Notes under the pieces: generated by a model
Seen by the model: the letters and a program-made list of their open reading frames with translations, nothing else
What the model was told of the DNA's origin: nothing
Databases searched by the model: none
Assembly: GCA_963932905.1 (NCBI GenBank)
Contig: CAWVRN010000001.1
Location: 352,001-416,000, forward strand
Length of the DNA: 64,000 nucleotides
Reading direction: 5' to 3'
DNA from: an uncultured Bdellovibrio sp.
GTDB lineage: Bacteria; Bdellovibrionota; Bdellovibrionia; Bdellovibrionales; Bdellovibrionaceae
Part shown: positions 1-9,537 of the stretch, piece by piece
How positions within the stretch are numbered: position 1 is the first letter of the stretch
Layout of the letters: every line of letters begins with the position of its first letter
Position numbers and translations under genes: made by a program

Positions 1-194
1 GTTTTCGATACAAGTTTGAAATGTTCTATTTAGCTTGTGTTTTTGGACAAGTTCATTTCCGTATATTGAAAACGCAATAGGTTCTTGACTTGAAAGTTAA
101 GCTTAGTACTACAAATCATTTTAGATGTTATTGAACTGCAACACGAAAACATTCCTTTTCTAGACAACAAGATATGCAGTTGTAAGATGAAGAT

Positions 195-1139
195 ATGAAA
201 AAAATCAAAAAGAGCAATTCGCTTTATAGATTCATCCATGGTGCTGTCCTCGAAAAAGGTCATATTTATATTGCCGGAATAGCGAAAGAGTTAGAAGATC
301 GCAATGTCCCTCACACAATAATTTGGGAACGAATTGAGGGTGAGTGGAAGCGCTACCAGTGGAAAAATCGGACTTATGATATGGCCGCATTTGATAGCAA
401 TGGAGGCACAGCAGTATATGTGGGTTTCGAGGGAACCTTAAAGGTTAGAAGTCTACAATTAGGATCTAGTATTGAAGTTCTAGACGCTGGAAATGATGGT
501 CCGAGCTCTTTGCGTCCAGTTTCAAGCATTCGAGTGATTGGTGATTTTATATACGTCGTGGGAATGCGCCGGATGATTTATAGGCGCGCGCTCGACTCAA
601 ATATATGGGATCGCTTTGACGAGAACCTTCGCCTCCCTCAAAATGATCTGTTAATTACTGGTTTAGATTCTATAGATGGTCTCAACGTAGAAAACCTTTA
701 TTCAGTCGGCCGAAGCGGCGAAATCTGGCAGTATACAATGAACAATTGGTTAAAAGTTGACTCACCAACAAATGCTGATCTGTATGTGGTTCGATGTCTT
801 CCCGAGGGAGGCGTTGTCATCGGGGGCAAAGATGGTGCTCTCTTTATAGGTGAGAATAACAAATGGAAGCAAATTAATCATACCTTTCCTGAAGAAACTT
901 TCGTTGATGTCGAACTCTGGCAAAATCGGTGTTTTGTAAGATCAAGCAACGGCTCATTGTTTGAACTCGACTGGAAGAATAGACACGAATTAAATTTTAT
1001 CCAATTGCCTTCAGAATCACTCGTAATGAGTATGACTATTACCCCATCGAAAATCTATTTTTTTGGAGAGAACACAATTACTTCTTTAGATAAAAATGGA
1101 TGGAAAGACGAATCCCCTCCAGATAGCATTCTTTTATAA
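195..1139 (+). CDS. Beta-propeller-like repeat protein (possible immunity/accessory protein of neighbouring island)
   Basis: 314 aa ORF with repeated 'xYxVGxxGxIxxY...W' blade-like motifs (IYVVGMRRMIY, LYSVGRSGEIWQY, VVIGGKDGALF). Confidence 0.55.
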   Translation: MKKIKKSNSLYRFIHGAVLEKGHIYIAGIAKELEDRNVPHTIIWERIEGEWKRYQWKNRTYDMAAFDSNGGTAVYVGFEGTLKVRSLQLGSSIEVLDAGNDGPSSLRPVSSIRVIGDFIYVVGMRRMIYRRALDSNIWDRFDENLRLPQNDLLITGLDSIDGLNVENLYSVGRSGEIWQYTMNNWLKVDSPTNADLYVVRCLPEGGVVIGGKDGALFIGENNKWKQINHTFPEETFVDVELWQNRCFVRSSNGSLFELDWKNRHELNFIQLPSESLVMSMTITPSKIYFFGENTITSLDKNGWKDESPPDSILL

Positions 1140-1203
1140 TGGAATTAGAGCCTTGATGGTTTTTTACACCAAAGTCTCTAGTTTGAATTTCAAACCTTCA
1201 AAT

Positions 1204-1232
1204 AAAACGCTCTGCAAATCAGAGCGTTTTTT
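1204..1232 (+). terminator. Intrinsic terminator
   Basis: AAAACGCTCTG-caaat-CAGAGCGTTTTTT hairpin with T tract downstream of 195..1139. Confidence 0.75.
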
Positions 1233-1332
1233 CATTTCCAGTATCTCCACCACAAATTTAAATTGAAACACAAGTTCGAACCCATGACCAAAACTCTTTG
1301 TGTTCCTGATCCTTGTTCAGAAACCCCCAAGC

Positions 1333-1361
1333 CCTACCAGACGCCTACCAAAATCCTACCA
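1333..1361 (+). repeat. Three CCTACCA direct repeats at 11-bp period (putative integrase arm sites of the adjacent left-hand island)
   Basis: CCTACCA at 1333, 1344 and 1355. Confidence 0.6.
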
Positions 1362-1510
1362 AATTATGAAATACCCAGAAATTTCTAGAAATACTGAACC
1401 AAAAACACTACTTGGCTAACACTTTATTTTGTTTTGAGATTTTTTATTTTTGAAAAAATGATTGTAATAAATGGCGGATAGGATGGAAACCTAATCCAAT
1501 TAAGAACTTA

Positions 1511-1537
1511 GCAAGCCAAGTAGCCAGAAGGTAGCCA
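1511..1537 (+). repeat. GTAGCCA repeats (putative integrase arm sites, left end)
   Basis: GTAGCCA at 1520 and 1531, with a degenerate GCAAGCCA at 1511; the same motif is triplicated at 37728-37756. Confidence 0.6.
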
Positions 1538-1565
1538 AGCCTTACGCAAAAGGCTTGGCGTCACG

Positions 1566-2699
1566 TTATGTCACTATCAAATCGACGGCTTTGGCAAAAG
1601 CTACTGATTCCGGAAGAACCTTTAAGCTATCAGTGGTGCCAGTGATTTCAATCCCTGCAAGACGGATGTATCGATTCATTGTATCTAAATCTTTCCAGCC
1701 GCCTACTTTCATGACTTGAATCGGGGGTACACCTTGCTTCATTAACTGGGTTGCAAAACACGCACGCAGAGTATGAAACCTTACGCTCGGTAAACCAATG
1801 CCTCCACAAAACTGTCTGAGCCGTTTAGCCTGTTCACCTTGATCCCATCTACTGAGTCTTGGGAGAACGTACGGCCGATCAGGATCAGATCTTTTCAACT
1901 CTCTCAACAGGGCCTCTAGTTCCGGCGATATCGTTACAAATCGCCAGTAGCCAGCCTTTGTTGATTTTGTGCGCTTGGTTCGAGTGTCATAGGATTTAGT
2001 GACATGAATTAATTTATCTTCAAAATTCACGTCTTCCCACAACAAGGCATGCAATTCACCGTTTCGCATTCCTGTTAATAGGGCCACCGCCCAAATCGGA
2101 TACCACTCATGTTTTAAATTCTTAGCTTGAGTCATCAAAGTTCTTATCTGAGATAGATTTAATATCTCCGGAAGTTTGTCCTCTTGCTTTGGAAACTTAA
2201 AACTATGCATTGGACAAATAATCATTGGACTAATCAAACGATGCTTAGCTGCAAAATCATAAACTCGAATAATCACAGCTTTTATGATTTTCTGATGCCC
2301 TTGTGAAAGTCCCTTTTTTGTCAAATCACTAAAAAGTTCATGGCCATCAGCTAAACTAATATCACCAACAAATTTTGAGTTCCAGTGATTACAATGCCGC
2401 CTGATGCTAGCGATGTAGTCAATCCTTGTAGTCTCTTTTAAATTTTGAGCTTTTGCAGATAGCAAAAACTCTTCAAATTTATCCACCACATTCTTCCAGA
2501 CTTGTCCGGTGTTTTCTCTTTGCCAAAGTTCGCGCTGACATTCTTTTGTTAACTGGGCCTCTGCTCGAAGAGCTTCGGCCTGGGTTTTTAAATTGTTTTT
2601 TCGTTTCTGCAACCTTCCGCCACCATTTGTGGACCTGATATTGACATAAACTGAAAATCGCATTTGTCCTGAGTCTTTATCCAAATAAGATTGAATCAT
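1566..2699 (-). CDS. int: Tyrosine recombinase / integrase
   Basis: Catalytic motifs TGMRNGEL, FHTLR, GGW...RY; 377 aa; N-terminal arm-binding-like region. Confidence 0.95.
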   Translation of the reverse strand: MIQSYLDKDSGQMRFSVYVNIRSTNGGGRLQKRKNNLKTQAEALRAEAQLTKECQRELWQRENTGQVWKNVVDKFEEFLLSAKAQNLKETTRIDYIASIRRHCNHWNSKFVGDISLADGHELFSDLTKKGLSQGHQKIIKAVIIRVYDFAAKHRLISPMIICPMHSFKFPKQEDKLPEILNLSQIRTLMTQAKNLKHEWYPIWAVALLTGMRNGELHALLWEDVNFEDKLIHVTKSYDTRTKRTKSTKAGYWRFVTISPELEALLRELKRSDPDRPYVLPRLSRWDQGEQAKRLRQFCGGIGLPSVRFHTLRACFATQLMKQGVPPIQVMKVGGWKDLDTMNRYIRLAGIEITGTTDSLKVLPESVAFAKAVDLIVT

Positions 2700-2953
2700 A
2701 AATTATTCTCCATTCCGCTTGGACGGAGTAACTTTTCAACATCTCTTTTCTGAAACCTGAGTTTGCGACCCAACTTGTAGAACTTAATTTGTCTTCGCCA
2801 AACCATATTGCGAATTTGTCCTACAGATACCCTCAAAAACAATGCAGCTTCACGCGACGTTAACCATTCTAACCGATTGTCAAAGAACGAAGAAACTAGT
2901 GGTTCCTCAATTGAGGAGTTAGCCTCTCTTTCTTTAGTTATATCGAATTTCAC
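2696..2953 (-). CDS. Excisionase-like helix-turn-helix protein
   Basis: WLTSREAALFLRVSVGQIRNMV...KLGRKLRF is typical of HTH_17/Xis; overlaps the integrase start. Confidence 0.85.
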   Translation of the reverse strand: MKFDITKEREANSSIEEPLVSSFFDNRLEWLTSREAALFLRVSVGQIRNMVWRRQIKFYKLGRKLRFQKRDVEKLLRPSGMENNL

Positions 2954-3034
2954 TAAAAAAATCTATTCTATTTTTAGAAAACAAAAGTTCAGATGCGATG
3001 CTCGTAGTGTGAGATAATTTATTTTTAAATATCA

Positions 3035-3403
3035 CTATTGCGACCCCTTATCCTGCCTATCGGTTTTTAAGTCGACATTACTCACGATAGTCGAATCGCC
3101 TTTTGATTGCGTGCGGACTCGTGGCGTTTTATTCACTACACTGGCCGCTAACGACTCCCTCAGCGCAGCAATAAGCTCCTCATTACTAGCGCTCTTTTTT
3201 AGATTCTCACGTACAAGTTTTGATAGATTGGTGAAGGCTTTAGCCATATCCGACCTTGAAGACTTAAAATGTTTTGCACCAAACTCTCGAACAATCCAAG
3301 ATGTAACCTCCGAAGGGGTCGCGCTGACCCCTTTATTTGTCTTTAGTTCCTTAATCATCTTTTTTAAATCATCGGCCGCATCACTTGATAGAATGACTCG
3401 CAT
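3035..3403 (-). CDS. Hypothetical protein (possible DNA-binding ICE accessory)
   Basis: 122 aa ORF co-oriented in the ICE operon. Confidence 0.55.
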   Translation of the reverse strand: MRVILSSDAADDLKKMIKELKTNKGVSATPSEVTSWIVREFGAKHFKSSRSDMAKAFTNLSKLVRENLKKSASNEELIAALRESLAASVVNKTPRVRTQSKGDSTIVSNVDLKTDRQDKGSQ

Positions 3404-3409
3404 CAGATT

Positions 3410-3880
3410 TTATTTCCCACGCGTAGGCATCTTTTTTTGTCGCTTTGCCCATTCAGGTCTTTCAACAATAACTGATTCGCAGTGGGCCTCAATTAGCTTG
3501 TTTCCTTTGACATCAGAATCAAAGCACTGCGTTTCAACTTTTGGTTGAGTTACAAAGTAATCGCCTGGATCGGCTTCACTGCTAGCCATACTTGGCCGAG
3601 ACACATTGAACCGATCTAGATTCAATAAAGTTTCCTGCCGAATACGATTGTCTCTATCCTCAAGACTGCCGTGGATAAAATAACTTGCGGCAAGTCCAAT
3701 GGCCGCGCCAAACATAGCTCCGTTATTTTTGGCGCTATCATTGTCTCTATCGATTTGGCTATTAATAGCTGCTCCACTAATTGCTCCTATACCAGTACCT
3801 AGTAACAATGATTCTTTCATCGTAGTACATCCCATTAGCGATATTGTACCAACACCCAATATTATATTTCGTATATTCAT
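3410..3880 (-). CDS. Lipoprotein with glycine-zipper segment (possible T4SS-associated or entry-exclusion lipoprotein)
   Basis: Lipobox LMGC; GTGIGAISGAAI...GAMFGAAIGLAA. Confidence 0.65.
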   Translation of the reverse strand: MNIRNIILGVGTISLMGCTTMKESLLLGTGIGAISGAAINSQIDRDNDSAKNNGAMFGAAIGLAASYFIHGSLEDRDNRIRQETLLNLDRFNVSRPSMASSEADPGDYFVTQPKVETQCFDSDVKGNKLIEAHCESVIVERPEWAKRQKKMPTRGK

Positions 3881-3972
3881 AATTATCCTTCTAGAATTTT
3901 AAATTCCATATATTTAAAACTGACTCTAACTTTTGGTTGTCAGTTGCTCGTAATTTCAATTGTTTACAAAGA

Positions 3973-4011
3973 TTTTACTAACGGCGCGCCGCCAGTGCGC
4001 CGCTAGTAAAA
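3973..4011. other. GC-rich inverted repeat next to the relaxase (candidate oriT or terminator)
   Basis: TTTTACTAACGGCGCG...TGCGCCGCTAGTAAAA, 14/16 complementary. Confidence 0.4.
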
Positions 4012-4018
4012 CTAGTCA

Positions 4019-4762
4019 CTATTTGATTCCTAAAGTGACCTGATTTCTGTTTTTAAATGTCATTGATTTTGCAAGTGGTCTGAGGTCATGAAACAAAATA
4101 AAATACATTTTTGAATGGCCTTCAGGATGAATCTCTCGCTCGATCTGCTGAATTGCTTTCATTGTTGATTCGTCTTTGCAGAAATAAAACACTAAATCTA
4201 TGCTAGCATTGACATAGTAATACAAAATTTTGTCCCTATAGCGATCGATCCACTTCTTTGTGGGCTCATACTCAATCGCCACCGATTTTAGTTTTCCGTT
4301 CATATTTATAAATGCCGCCGCGTCAGATTTCATATTAATAAATGGCTTAAGACGTTCATCAGACTGCAAATGACTAAAACACTGTAGCATATTTTCTGTA
4401 TAATACACGTCCAACATTATTGATTTTTCAATGCGGTATCTAATATCAACTAATCCTGCATCATGTTCAAATGTGTAAGAATGAGTTGGTTTCTGCACAA
4501 ACTCCGCATCATAGATTTTCATCCCATACTCTAGGCCCGAGTCCGTAAGCTCGTAGAAAATATCATTTTTACTAATTCGTTTTTGCATTTTATCGCTAAT
4601 AAAACCGATATTCAGTAATCGCTTCAGGCATCGACTAAGACTCTTTTTACCTACACTTGGAAAAACTTGTCGGTGAATTTGATTTCTGGTCATTACCTTG
4701 TTTTCAATGAGGCCCCTTAACAAGAACCTCTCTCTGTCAGTCAGAATTGGATTCTTAGCCAA
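4019..4762 (-). CDS. Replication-relaxation / MOBC-like relaxase
   Basis: N-terminal winged-HTH-like region, FEHD motif, and D-x16-E-x-E-x3-K-x3-R-Y (SDAAAF...IEYEPTKKWIDRY) matching the MOBC PD-(D/E)xK signature. Confidence 0.75.
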   Translation of the reverse strand: MAKNPILTDRERFLLRGLIENKVMTRNQIHRQVFPSVGKKSLSRCLKRLLNIGFISDKMQKRISKNDIFYELTDSGLEYGMKIYDAEFVQKPTHSYTFEHDAGLVDIRYRIEKSIMLDVYYTENMLQCFSHLQSDERLKPFINMKSDAAAFINMNGKLKSVAIEYEPTKKWIDRYRDKILYYYVNASIDLVFYFCKDESTMKAIQQIEREIHPEGHSKMYFILFHDLRPLAKSMTFKNRNQVTLGIK

Positions 4763-4776
4763 TTTTATTTACTTTT

Positions 4777-6252
4777 TTATGTAGGTTCAGGTCCACTAGT
4801 CACTTCAACCGTTGCTTTAAATGGCAATGAGAAATTTGATCTTGCGCCGGTTTCAAATTCCATTTTGATCTTATTGATTTCATCTTTGAGTACTTCCTCT
4901 TTTACAAACGGAGTTTGCACTTCCGTAAAAGTGGTACCATTTGCCCATATTGCGCGCCCTTTGACATCGGGAAGTTCAAACGCCATTTTATTTCCAAGCA
5001 CGGTCATCGATCCCTGGAGTGTGTTGGCTCTGAAACAAATTCGGCCGCCCATGTTCTCTTGAATCTTTGTATCAATTGTATCTGTGGTCACTTTTTGAGT
5101 TGCAATAATGAGATTCATTTTAGCCGCTCGTCCTAGTTTTGCTAAATCGTCAGTGAGTTCTCGAGCTTGAGTTACATTTTTCGCACGCTCCTTACTGACT
5201 TTTGTCTTTCCATAAAGGACCGATGCCTCATCGACAGCTATGACAATATAGTCTTTCTTGTCATTTTCTGGATCAATTGCAATACGTCCATTTTTTTCTA
5301 GCAGATCAAAGCGATGGATCATTTCCTGCCTAAGTTTGGCTAGAAGTAAGTTAGCTTCAATTTCAGTTTTAGCAATGCTGACATTTGGTAGGCATGAAAA
5401 CTCTTTGGCTTCGATGCCTTTTTTTAGATCCAAAATGTAGACTTGAACATTTTTCGTGCTCTTTATTAGACTCAGCAGTGTTTGTTTAAAGAAATTACTT
5501 TTACCTCCACCGGAAGCCCCGGCTATCATCATGTGTGGAAGAGTCGACAACTCTTGAACTTGAATACCCCCTAGAGATTCTCCAATAGGAAACGAAAGTG
5601 ATTCGGTAATATACTTAGCCGTCTCCGAATAAGGTAACATAGTCGGTATAATCTTAGTCGTGCTTAAAATTTCAATAAACTTATTGTTCGCTGTTGTCCT
5701 AATTGATTCCACGGTGGCTCCCAAAGCCATTTCAAGATCTGACTTTTTCTCTAGATACCGGTCAACACCTATTCCAATACTTGAAACCAAAATCCTTTGC
5801 CTATGTTCATCTAAATTCACTACTTTGCTCACAATAGGCTCCCTACCTTGGGCGGTTTTTAAACCAAGGTGTCCAAGCGCCTGAGAAATCTCTTTCTTTT
5901 TATCTTTTGTAAAAAGGCCATACAAGAATCCCAGAAAGGCAATTGGACTAACAATTAATAGCAACGTATGAATCACAATTGGTAGCGGCATTTCTTCTAC
6001 GAGTATTTCAACCACCGTCGGCGTGAACACATTTGGAAACAATAAATGTAACAATTTGAGATGCTTGTAGTTCGAAAAAACAGTCAAGAAACTTATCCAG
6101 CTCCAAACAAAAGTCATAAAGTATAGACTCTTAAATCGGTCAAAAAGCTCTGCTATCCCCCGTATACTAATTCCTGCCAGAAAGGAGACAACTTTCATCA
6201 TATCGTCAAACCCTTTAGTGGAATGACCAGCCTTAGATTTTATTTGTGTCAT
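4777..6252 (-). CDS. FtsK/SpoIIIE-family ATPase, probable coupling protein
   Basis: N-terminal TM segments, Walker A GASGGGKS, Walker B IAVDE, GRAAKMNLIIATQ. Confidence 0.85.
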   Translation of the reverse strand: MTQIKSKAGHSTKGFDDMMKVVSFLAGISIRGIAELFDRFKSLYFMTFVWSWISFLTVFSNYKHLKLLHLLFPNVFTPTVVEILVEEMPLPIVIHTLLLIVSPIAFLGFLYGLFTKDKKKEISQALGHLGLKTAQGREPIVSKVVNLDEHRQRILVSSIGIGVDRYLEKKSDLEMALGATVESIRTTANNKFIEILSTTKIIPTMLPYSETAKYITESLSFPIGESLGGIQVQELSTLPHMMIAGASGGGKSNFFKQTLLSLIKSTKNVQVYILDLKKGIEAKEFSCLPNVSIAKTEIEANLLLAKLRQEMIHRFDLLEKNGRIAIDPENDKKDYIVIAVDEASVLYGKTKVSKERAKNVTQARELTDDLAKLGRAAKMNLIIATQKVTTDTIDTKIQENMGGRICFRANTLQGSMTVLGNKMAFELPDVKGRAIWANGTTFTEVQTPFVKEEVLKDEINKIKMEFETGARSNFSLPFKATVEVTSGPEPT

Positions 6253-7139
6253 TTTTCCACATAAGTTTTTGTTAAGCTCACAATGACATCTCGCCCGGCG
6301 GGAACGGTGATATAGTCCTCGGTATCCTTAAAGGATTCGATCTGCCGGTTAGCTTCTTCCTGGGCCGAAGTAGACAAACCCTTTTTAATGGCATTTTCAA
6401 TACTCGCTTTAGGCATTGATTGCCCTAATGAGTTCATAGTTTCGCGCTCCATCATTATGTCACTAGCACCTGAGGCAACACTTAACCCCAGAGCAGCAAA
6501 TACCCGAGTGTCCGACTCAGTGTTTGTATCACCAGCGATTCCGGTGGAATAATTTTTAGGGTCCAAAACTTGGGCGCTAATATCAAATTCCTGCTCAGAT
6601 GGAAATAGGCCCTTGTTGATTTGGATACTGACTTTGCGTCCTCGTCCTGAATACATAACCTGTCCAAAAAGGACGGTGCCTTTTTCCAGTTCAGTTCCAT
6701 ACTTTGACCGGCCACCATAAGGTAATAAGATTTTTATTATTTGCCCTGGCTCACGAGTATCAACTGCCGTTAAAGTTTTTCCGATCATATTAGTTCCAAT
6801 CGGAATGCTTCGCTCTGGATCACTAGCTCCGTCTCTGACAATAACTTGACTGGCTTTTAAGTTAATCTTTGCCGCCTGCATACCTGACGTTGATCGATCT
6901 TTATTTCCCTTTGCGCTGCTTTTCGCTGAGGATTTTCCGTCACCTAAAATTTTTTTGGCTGTATCTGAGTACGTTCGCCTGTTGTCATGATTTACATTTG
7001 ACTCATTTTTATCGCGTTCTTTGCCGCTATTAACAAGTCGTTTCTCCGATTGCCCTAGAAAACTTGTGTCTTCTTTGTCTGACAATATGAATGCTGTAAT
7101 AATCATCAAAAACAAAATAGGGCCTCCTATGAGGCCCAC
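6249..7139 (-). CDS. VirB10/TrbI-like T4SS core protein (true start may be upstream, ~7250)
   Basis: N-terminal TM, IPIGT...GK, GIAGD, ITVPAGRDVIV C-terminal motif; position in the operon. Confidence 0.75.
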   Translation of the reverse strand: MGLIGGPILFLMIITAFILSDKEDTSFLGQSEKRLVNSGKERDKNESNVNHDNRRTYSDTAKKILGDGKSSAKSSAKGNKDRSTSGMQAAKINLKASQVIVRDGASDPERSIPIGTNMIGKTLTAVDTREPGQIIKILLPYGGRSKYGTELEKGTVLFGQVMYSGRGRKVSIQINKGLFPSEQEFDISAQVLDPKNYSTGIAGDTNTESDTRVFAALGLSVASGASDIMMERETMNSLGQSMPKASIENAIKKGLSTSAQEEANRQIESFKDTEDYITVPAGRDVIVSLTKTYVEK

Positions 7140-7246
7140 TCGCTTTAAGTTTACGACGTTTTTTTCACCATTTCGTTTTAAAAAGTACGACTTGATATCG
7201 GAAATTTTTCCTTTAAATAGGTTCCATCTATTTTTTTTGACTGAGT

Positions 7247-8011
7247 TTATAAAAACTCCTTTTTCAATAGAAAACTTTGATTTTCATTTGGCAACGATAT
7301 CAGTACTTTAGCATCTCGTTTTGAATCACTAGAAAAAAGGACCCGTACTTTAACCCGCTCATTGCTTTCAATTTGAGATTTTTCTTTCACGATCACTTGC
7401 TTATCCAAAGTCGCTCCATCTCGAGTGACCAATAGTTTTAAATCCTTAAGATCCAATTTATTTTTCGATGAATTCAATGCAAATAGATCTAAAGCATTTA
7501 GCTTCACTCCTTGAATGGATTGGATAGAATCGGGTCTAAGAATCAAGCCGTTCTTGAATTTTACTTCTATGCCGCGAATTTCTTTTTTCTCCGAACTAGC
7601 AAGGGCTCGATAACTAAATACCGGCCGCTGTTGATTTACTGAATCCCATTCTACCTTTACAAGGTCATCATGACTTTTATTCCCAACAATAAGATAGAAT
7701 CCATAGGTTCGATTTTCCGAATAGACAAACATATTGGTTTTAATTTGTCCGTGTGGCTGAATGGCAATATCATTTTCAATAAACTCAATGCCGAAATAGT
7801 TTTGATTTCCAATTACTATTTTCTTTGGCTTATCTTTAAATCTTAATACCGTTGATTTTCCTAGGCTTAGATTAATCGATTCCATTGAGCTAGGCCCTGC
7901 CACGATAGTCCTAACACCTCCCGCTAAAGCCATGTGGCACAGCGCCAATATCCCTAGTAATAGCACCAATAGCCTAATCGCCTTTTGCACCTTCATGCTC
8001 GATGATACCAT
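7247..8011 (-). CDS. VirB9/TraK-like T4SS periplasmic protein
   Basis: Signal peptide, INLSLGKSTVLRF...TNMFVYS.NRTYGFYL; lies between virB8-like and virB10-like genes. Confidence 0.65.
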   Translation of the reverse strand: MVSSSMKVQKAIRLLVLLLGILALCHMALAGGVRTIVAGPSSMESINLSLGKSTVLRFKDKPKKIVIGNQNYFGIEFIENDIAIQPHGQIKTNMFVYSENRTYGFYLIVGNKSHDDLVKVEWDSVNQQRPVFSYRALASSEKKEIRGIEVKFKNGLILRPDSIQSIQGVKLNALDLFALNSSKNKLDLKDLKLLVTRDGATLDKQVIVKEKSQIESNERVKVRVLFSSDSKRDAKVLISLPNENQSFLLKKEFL

Positions 8012-8600
8012 TTACGTATAGACCAAGCAGATTCCAATTCGTAACAGGTCCATCAACAATTTGAAAAGAGGCCTCACAAGGGACCACTAGCGGTATGCCC
8101 GAAATGCGAAGTACTTTATCGTATGTAGCCGTAATTTCCTTTTCGTTCACGTTGATTTTAACATGGGCGATGTCCTGTGAAACGGATTGGTTTTTAAAAT
8201 CCCGATCTCGCCTTTGAAGAAGCTGAATATTAATTTTTTCAGACAAAGCATCGCTAGTGAATGGACCTATTTCTTTTATGATTTTATCAGGATCAAGTTT
8301 TTCCCATTTAAAATATAGAAATAAATATTCCGTTAGAAAGCGACTAATTTGTTCTTCATCAATCTTAAAAGGCTTAGACTCACTTTTAAGCGGTATTTTA
8401 CTTGATCCGTCGTCATAAATCACAAGCGGTGATTTCAGCGATTGAAATAAAACCACGCACAGTAAAAGCATTCCTATACCGGCACAAATAGCGCCAATCC
8501 ATTTGTAAAGCCGTAGCTGATTATTTGTATCAATCCAGTGATCAAGAGTTGATCTTACAGTTTTTAAGTTTTCTTTTTTTAAACTATCTTCGTTTGTCAT
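7974..8600 (-). CDS. VirB8/TraE-like bitopic T4SS protein
   Basis: Single TM followed by an NTF2-like region ending GLYVNGI; ATG at 8600 with purine-rich RBS. Confidence 0.6.
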   Translation of the reverse strand: MTNEDSLKKENLKTVRSTLDHWIDTNNQLRLYKWIGAICAGIGMLLLCVVLFQSLKSPLVIYDDGSSKIPLKSESKPFKIDEEQISRFLTEYLFLYFKWEKLDPDKIIKEIGPFTSDALSEKINIQLLQRRDRDFKNQSVSQDIAHVKINVNEKEITATYDKVLRISGIPLVVPCEASFQIVDGPVTNWNLLGLYVNGIIEHEGAKGD

Positions 8601-9537
8601 TTCTTCCTTGTTTTTGATCTTTAGGTAAAAATAGATTTTCATATGTTTTTTTCATTTGATTCAGTTTTGGATTCAGTCGTTGCCTTAGTAGCTCCGCTCT
8701 GCCAACAAAAGGGTTAGTGATGGGCTTAGCTGCAAATTTTCCACCGGAAACAGCGCCGCTAGCTATGCCTTTAGCAAGTTTTGCCATTTGTGCTTTTAGA
8801 GCAACTCCTGTTGCCATAGTCGGAACAGCCGTAATAGCTGAAGCCGCGCTTTCCATACCATCATTAACTAGTGATCTTGTTGCAATTGGAATAAATAGCA
8901 TGCTTAGACCGATGGATAAGTTGATAATTATAGACATCAAATAGTCTTCCATCCCGGTCACTTTTGGATTCATAGCTAGCTTGAGTAACAATACGCCAAG
9001 AAGACTCCACAAAATTTTCCAAAGCACCACTTGCACTAGCCCCTTGTAGAGACTAAAAGTCACATGTTCAGTTTGTCTAGCCACATAGGCTAGTATCATC
9101 AGGGGGGAACACACAAATAAAATGGTCCACACAAAGTGAATCATTGCATTTGAAATAAAAAATCCCAAGTAGGCAATGATATAGGCCCCTATATTAAAGA
9201 TATAGAGTGCTGTCTCCCTAAGGTTGAACCAATCATTACTTGCGCTATTATAGTTTGGCCCAAGGTTCTTTAAAACGTCCCATAGTTTTTGAAGTCCATC
9301 AATTTTATCGGTAATGCTATCGCCGATTGTGGCAATAGCATTCAAGGTGGTATCAAAACTATATAGCAGTATCACCGAAACTAAAACCCTCCGGAAAATG
9401 TCTTTAACATCGGGCTCGTCATTTTTTAGAAACTCCATCACTATTAGCAATAGAACAAGGGGCACAATAAGAACCCAGTACGTCGAAACTAGTTCGCCGC
9501 GCAGACTTCGTCCCACATCGCTTAAATAATCAAACAT
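8584..9537 (-). CDS. VirB6-like polytopic membrane protein
   Basis: Multiple TM helices and Ala/Gly-rich C-terminal tail; operon position. Confidence 0.7.
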   Translation of the reverse strand: MFDYLSDVGRSLRGELVSTYWVLIVPLVLLLIVMEFLKNDEPDVKDIFRRVLVSVILLYSFDTTLNAIATIGDSITDKIDGLQKLWDVLKNLGPNYNSASNDWFNLRETALYIFNIGAYIIAYLGFFISNAMIHFVWTILFVCSPLMILAYVARQTEHVTFSLYKGLVQVVLWKILWSLLGVLLLKLAMNPKVTGMEDYLMSIIINLSIGLSMLFIPIATRSLVNDGMESAASAITAVPTMATGVALKAQMAKLAKGIASGAVSGGKFAAKPITNPFVGRAELLRQRLNPKLNQMKKTYENLFLPKDQKQGRNDKRR

